The translations under genes and the position numbers were made by a program. Source: Candidatus Bathyarchaeia archaeon (GTDB taxonomy: Archaea > Thermoproteota > CALKCG01 > B24 > JAGTQN01). Taken from it: DNA of 64,000 nucleotides. A model generated the notes under the pieces. The model saw only the letters and a list, made by a program, of their open reading frames with translations, was not told where the DNA came from and did no database searches. The stretch spans positions 7,155-71,154 of the forward strand of contig JAWCLV010000001.1 in NCBI GenBank assembly GCA_038850515.1, given 5' to 3'. Within the stretch, counting starts at the first letter, position 1. Each line of letters begins with the position of its first letter. Shown in pieces: positions 59,226 to 64,000 of this stretch.

Positions 59226-60233
59226 CTATGTGAGGGGTAGCCTTATAGGCCTTCCAGTTTTAGCAGATTCGTAGGATGCCAGAGTGATCTCCGTTCCCTG
59301 CCTCCCATCGAAGCCTGTAGCCCTCGGCTCACGATCCTCCCTTATGCAGCTTAGGAAGTCCTTTACCATCTCCTTGTCTACATCGCAACCCCACTGGTGC
59401 CATTGATAGGGGTTCTTAGGCTCCCCCGCAAGGCAGAGGTAGGCTACTTGCCTAAAGGCATCGAGGAGAATCGTTCCATCGGTTCCGAGAACCTCGAGGG
59501 TTACATCCCCCCATGTGTAGAAGCTCTCTGGCCTAGACCAGCTTCCATCTATGGAAGCCATGACGCCATTCCTGAAATCAAGAAGCGTTAGGAAACAATC
59601 CTCGACCCTAAGGCTTCTATCGATGTTCGTTCCTATCTCCGTGTAGACCGTTTCGACCTCACTTCCCGTGTACCAACGCATAAGATCTGCAAGATGAACC
59701 GTGTGATCCATAATGGCTCCTCCACCAGAAAGCTCGGGCTTCACGAACCAGCCGCCTTGAAAATGTCTCAGCCTATTCGTCCCTACGATGGCTCTAATCC
59801 TACCGATCGTTCCCCGATCCAAGAGTTCCTTCACTATCATGGCTGGTCGCGAATAGCGCATGACATAGCAAACCTGGAGCTTCAAGCCAGCCTTCCTGGC
59901 TGCCCTTATCATCTCATCCGCATCCTTGAGGCTTATAGCCATGGGCTTCTCGACCAAGACATGCTTACCCGCTTCGAGGGCCTCGACAGCCAGCTCCCTA
60001 TGAGTATGGGTTGGTGTGCAGATATCGACGATCTCTATGGCTTCATTCTTAAGGGCATCCTTAAGGCTTCCATAGGCCCTTGCTCCGTATCGTTCCGCAG
60101 ATCGTCTTGCCATCTCCACATTTCTTCCAACGACGGCTAGGATTCTGCTACCCTCAACCATTTTCCAAGCAACCATATGGGTCGAGCCCATGAAGCCATA
60201 GCCTACAACCGCAACGCCTATCCCCTTTTCCAA
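59226..60233 (-). CDS. Gfo/Idh/MocA family oxidoreductase
   Basis: VVGYGFMG, LVEKPMA, GGGAIMDHTVHLAD. Confidence 0.92.
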   Translation of the reverse strand: MEKGIGVAVVGYGFMGSTHMVAWKMVEGSRILAVVGRNVEMARRSAERYGARAYGSLKDALKNEAIEIVDICTPTHTHRELAVEALEAGKHVLVEKPMAISLKDADEMIRAARKAGLKLQVCYVMRYSRPAMIVKELLDRGTIGRIRAIVGTNRLRHFQGGWFVKPELSGGGAIMDHTVHLADLMRWYTGSEVETVYTEIGTNIDRSLRVEDCFLTLLDFRNGVMASIDGSWSRPESFYTWGDVTLEVLGTDGTILLDAFRQVAYLCLAGEPKNPYQWHQWGCDVDKEMVKDFLSCIREDREPRATGFDGRQGTEITLASYESAKTGRPIRLPLT

Positions 60234-60508
60234 GGATAGCCCTCACCAAGACATAATCTAAAATAAAGTAAAGGGAGAATCCTTAAAGCATTTTCCCTCC
60301 GAAACCATACGATACATATCCTTGGCATGGAAAGAACTTTGTCATAGACGAAAAACTGGGATTGAAGGCTCGGCAATAACATTATTTGGTATTCCAAGGT
60401 CTTTCCAAGCCATACTTCTAAAAACGCGTTTCATTGGGATGAAAGCCGCATATGAAGAAAGCAACTCGAATTGATCATAGAGGAATTTGGGAACAAACCT
60501 TGCTCGAA

Positions 60509-60536
60509 TCCGTCGATGCCAAATGGCATCGACGGA
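60509..60536. promoter_or_regulatory. Perfect inverted repeat, candidate operator
   Basis: TCCGTCGATGCCA-AA-TGGCATCGACGGA, just upstream of a TATA-like CTTAAAA in a divergent intergenic region. Confidence 0.5.
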
Positions 60537-60569
60537 AGATTTCAAGCTTAAAAAGGGAAGAAGGGGAAA

Positions 60570-60590
60570 GATTAGATTAGATTAGATTAG
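60570..60590. repeat. (GATTA)4 short tandem repeat
   Basis: gattagattagattagattag, upstream of the hydratase start. Confidence 0.8.
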
Positions 60591-60621
60591 AACGAGAACA
60601 TACATTCGAAGGTGCGTTACC

Positions 60622-61419
60622 ATGCCCTTAGATGAGAAGACGATCGATAGGATAGTAGAGGAAATCCTTAGGGCAGAGGCCACGAGGACAAGGGCCCCCT
60701 CCATATCTGCCAGGTTTCCCGATTTTACGATAAACGATGCCTACAGGATTCAAATGCGTCTCATGGAACGGAAGGTAAAGGCTGGGGAGAGGGTTGTGGG
60801 GAGGAAGGCAGGTTTGACCTCGAAGGTTATGCAAGCAAGGTTCGGCACAAATGAGCCCGATTTTGGCTTCATAACCGACAAGATGGTCGTTCCAGAGGGG
60901 GAAGCCATAGATCTATCCTCCCTAGGCAACCCAAGCTTTGATGGTGCGGAAATAGCCTTTCTGATGGAAGAGGACCTTCAGGGACCTGGTATAAATGCTG
61001 CCATGGCGCTAAGGGCAACAGCAGGAGTACTTCCTGCGATAGAGATAACGAGTGCGTGGATAGAGCGCAAGGGCGCCTTCGACCTAAGGGATAGCATAGC
61101 CGACAATGGCGCCGCTGGGCGCTTCGTCTTAGGGGGAAAGCTCACGCCTGTAGAGGGTATAGACCTAAGGCTTGTTGGTATGGTCCTAGAAGTCAACGGA
61201 AGCCTCGTAGCGACGGCGGCTGGGGCGGCCGCCTTGGGAAATCCAGCCAACGTAGTGGCTTGGCTGGCGAACAAGCTGGCGGAATTCGGTGAGAAGCTGA
61301 GGGCGGGAGATATAGTGATGACGGGAACCCTGGTAGGAGGTATCGAGCCCCACCCTGGGGATGTGTTTAAGGTGACCTTTGACCGCCTTGGCTCTGTGAC
61401 GGCCTTGATGGCTAAATAA
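60622..61419 (+). CDS. 2-keto-4-pentenoate hydratase / 4-oxalocrotonate decarboxylase family (FAH superfamily)
   Basis: DAYRIQ, VGRKAGLTSKVMQ, EPDFG, IADN, LGNPANVVAWLAN, GDIVMTG. Confidence 0.88.
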   Translation: MPLDEKTIDRIVEEILRAEATRTRAPSISARFPDFTINDAYRIQMRLMERKVKAGERVVGRKAGLTSKVMQARFGTNEPDFGFITDKMVVPEGEAIDLSSLGNPSFDGAEIAFLMEEDLQGPGINAAMALRATAGVLPAIEITSAWIERKGAFDLRDSIADNGAAGRFVLGGKLTPVEGIDLRLVGMVLEVNGSLVATAAGAAALGNPANVVAWLANKLAEFGEKLRAGDIVMTGTLVGGIEPHPGDVFKVTFDRLGSVTALMAK

Positions 61420-61531
61420 GGCTAATAAGAAAAGCGGAGAAAAGGGAAATAATAATAAAGAGAAAGAGAAAAGAAGAAAGGCTTGATATTTTCTATTTCT
61501 TTTTTAGCTTAAACCTTTTCTAATCTAGATC

Positions 61532-62686
61532 CTAGGATCTAGCTCGATTTCGCATAATAGCGCTCTCGAAGATTTCCTTAAGCCTTTTGGCTATGATCTT
61601 TTCCTCGCCATCTACGAGGCAGTGGGGGTTGATGACTATGGAGTTCCCTCGGGCCTCTGTCCATATGGCCGGATTGCCTGATCTAAGAATATTCGTAATC
61701 TCGGAAACCTTCATTCCAAGGCTTTCCTCATCGATGATGATCTGAGCCCTAGGCCAGCATTGAGCCGAGTATTCCCCCTTCGAAGGATCTGGGAAAAGAC
61801 GTCTTACCTTCACATGCGGGACGTTGGAAAACTCTTCCAAGAAGAATCTTACGACAGCCTCCCATCTATCCCTGTCCGCCTTATGGTCCTTCGATACATA
61901 TCTTTGTAAGGCTACTACAAGCCCGACAATCTGTTCCTTTCCTATCTTCATGGGCCTTCCAATCGCATGATGGGGGCATCCTTGGAGGGCACAGGCCTCT
62001 ATTAACTCCTTCCGCCCACATATGAAGCCCGAATCGTTCGGTCCTTGGATAGCCTTACCACCGCTAAAGGCTACGATGTCGGCTCCTGCGGCTATTATGT
62101 CTCGAAGGTTCTCCAAGGGAGGGAGCTCCGCTGCTGCGTCCACTATGACGGGTATTCCGTGCTTTTTGGCGACCTTTACAACTTCTTTGAGGGTTTCCAT
62201 ATCGCAGAACTTTCTAGAAGTAAAGAAGATGAAGGCAATGGCAGCTGTCCTTTCCGTTATAGCGGCCTCCAAATCTGAAGGCGAAAAGCCCTCTGAGGTT
62301 CCAATTTCGATGAGCCTGGCTCCAGCCTGGGAAAATGCCTGGTCGTAGGGGTTTCTATGAATCTTCGGTATGATGACCTCATTCTTCATTCCTTCGGTGA
62401 AGGGAAGTCTCCGGATCTTCTCAGGATCCTTTCCTGCGATGCAGGCAGCCGTAGCCAGGACGAGACCTGCCGCGGCTCCCGCCGTAACATAGCCGGCCTC
62501 TGCTCCAGTAATCTCCGCAATAACCTTACCGGCTTTCTCGTGGAGTTCATCCATGAGGACGAAGGCCTTGGCAGCCTCGTTCATGGCTTCAAGAACTTCT
62601 GGTGGCATAAGGGATCCACCGAGCATCGTCAAGGTTCCGGCTGCGTTGATGACCTTCCTGACTCCAAGCTTTTCATAGACACTCAA
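61532..62686 (-). CDS. SelA-like PLP-dependent enzyme (DgaE-like ammonia lyase/transferase)
   Basis: VINAAGTLTMLGGS, VDAAAE, FSGGK PLP lysine, GRPMKIGKE. Confidence 0.85.
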   Translation of the reverse strand: MSVYEKLGVRKVINAAGTLTMLGGSLMPPEVLEAMNEAAKAFVLMDELHEKAGKVIAEITGAEAGYVTAGAAAGLVLATAACIAGKDPEKIRRLPFTEGMKNEVIIPKIHRNPYDQAFSQAGARLIEIGTSEGFSPSDLEAAITERTAAIAFIFFTSRKFCDMETLKEVVKVAKKHGIPVIVDAAAELPPLENLRDIIAAGADIVAFSGGKAIQGPNDSGFICGRKELIEACALQGCPHHAIGRPMKIGKEQIVGLVVALQRYVSKDHKADRDRWEAVVRFFLEEFSNVPHVKVRRLFPDPSKGEYSAQCWPRAQIIIDEESLGMKVSEITNILRSGNPAIWTEARGNSIVINPHCLVDGEEKIIAKRLKEIFESAIMRNRARS

Positions 62687-62910
62687 TTTTAATCACTTCG
62701 CTTCATGATTCCATGAAGGCTTTTAAAGATTTCTTAAAGCCAGAATGTACCTTAGTGACTTATATAGCCATTTTACCCATTTAGATTGGATAGCAAATTA
62801 ATAAGAATAAAATTAAGAGAAACATTCTTCTAATTAACGAAGAATTTTAAAAATAAAAAATAAAATGTGAAAAGAAAATATTTGAAAAATTATGAATAGG
62901 ATTTATTTTA

Positions 62911-64000
62911 TTAGTACTCTGGTGGTGGCTTCTCGCCTGGCTTTGGTGGCGGAGGCTTGGCTGCTACGACTACATCGTCCACTCTAAGGATCATTATCGC
63001 AGCCTCGACGGCCGAAGATACGGCAGCCTTCTTGACTATGGCTGGCTCAAGGACCTTAAGTTCCTTCATGTCCTCGATTTTTCCCGTGAAGACGTTTACG
63101 CCCATGCTTACGCCATCAGGCTTTTCGTGGGCCGCCCTTAGGGCTACGATGATATCCAAAGGATCCAAGCCTGCGTTCTCAGCCAAGGCTGATGGAATGG
63201 CTTCCAGAGCCTCAGCGAAGGCTTCGACGGCTATCTGCTCCCTTCCCCCTAGCTGGGCCGCGTACTTCTTAAGCTCCTTGGCAAGCTCAGCCTCGACGGC
63301 GCCGCCTCCATAAACGATTCTTCCATCCTTCACCACATCCGCTACGACGCAGAGGGCATCGTGGAGGGATCGCTCTGCCTCGTCAACAGCCCTTTCAAGA
63401 CCCCCTCGGATGAGAATCGCTACGGCCTTTGGCTCCTTACAGCCTTCGACGAAGACCATCTTATCTTCACCTATCCTTCTTTCCTCTACCAAGCCAGCCT
63501 CACCAAGGTCCGAGGGCTTCAGATCATCGATGTTCGTAACGACCTTTCCACCCGTAGCCTTGGCAAGCTTCTCCATATCGGACTTCTTGACCCTTCTTAC
63601 GGCCAGGATGCCCTCCTTCGCCATGAAGAACTGGGCCATGTCGTCGATGCCCTTCTGGCAGAAGACCACATTGGCTCCTGCAGCCTTCACCTTCTCGACC
63701 ATTTGCTTGAGGATTCTAGTCTCCTCGTCCATGAAGGCCCTCATCTGGGTTGGATCCCTAATGCGGATCTCTGCGCTGAATTCAGTCTTTTCGACTTCCA
63801 TGGCGGCATCGAGGAGGGCGATCTTGGCATTCTCGACCCTCTTGGGCATGCCCGGATGGACAACTTCCTTATCGATTATCAAGCCCTTTATTAACTCCGT
63901 TTCGCCTACACTCTTTCCAGGCTTCTTCATTATCTGTACATCGTCCACATCTGCAACCCTCTTTCCATCCCTTATCTCAGTAACTCTCTTGATGGCTTCA
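62911..64000 (-). CDS. ths: Thermosome (group II chaperonin) subunit, 5'-truncated by the window edge
   Basis: [59 protein letters not shown]; the frame stays open to the right edge. Confidence 0.96.
   Translation of the reverse strand, partial: EAIKRVTEIRDGKRVADVDDVQIMKKPGKSVGETELIKGLIIDKEVVHPGMPKRVENAKIALLDAAMEVEKTEFSAEIRIRDPTQMRAFMDEETRILKQMVEKVKAAGANVVFCQKGIDDMAQFFMAKEGILAVRRVKKSDMEKLAKATGGKVVTNIDDLKPSDLGEAGLVEERRIGEDKMVFVEGCKEPKAVAILIRGGLERAVDEAERSLHDALCVVADVVKDGRIVYGGGAVEAELAKELKKYAAQLGGREQIAVEAFAEALEAIPSALAENAGLDPLDIIVALRAAHEKPDGVSMGVNVFTGKIEDMKELKVLEPAIVKKAAVSSAVEAAIMILRVDDVVVAAKPPPPKPGEKPPPEY

Noticed and set aside
61532..62686. Selenocysteine synthase SelA
   Set aside because: Too short and lacks the tRNA-binding N-terminal domain; archaea use PSTK/SepSecS; a DgaE-like assignment fits better.
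62911..62960. Pro-rich thermosome tail instead of GGM repeats
   Set aside because: Thermosome C-terminal tails vary widely, so this is not distinctive.

Overview
Archaeal chromosomal segment, probably a Bathyarchaeia-like TACK lineage (inference from PolD small subunit, Cdc6/Orc1, PCNA, thermosome and a large peptide/sugar catabolic content; not checked by search). The first ~23 kb is an accessory catabolic island: C45 Ntn-hydrolase, transglutaminase-like and glycosidase-like proteins, two OPT-like/DUF6785 membrane proteins, three M28-fold proteins including a 1486-aa M28-FtsX fusion, and a GNAT. The middle holds core genes (pyrB, DP1, cdc6 with a probable replication origin carrying three ORB boxes, guaA, glnA, pcn). 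The right part holds an orphan DNA methyltransferase with a decayed partner gene, an ArsR-linked Cys-rich permease/redox operon, an IS5 remnant, catabolic enzymes and a partial thermosome gene. The top finding is a 44-nt insertion (41126-41169) in a Gfo/Idh/MocA dehydrogenase gene. It folds into a bulge-helix-bulge motif, and its predicted excision restores the reading frame and the Rossmann motif, which makes it a candidate tRNA-endonuclease-type intron in an mRNA. No tRNA, rRNA or CRISPR array was recognised.
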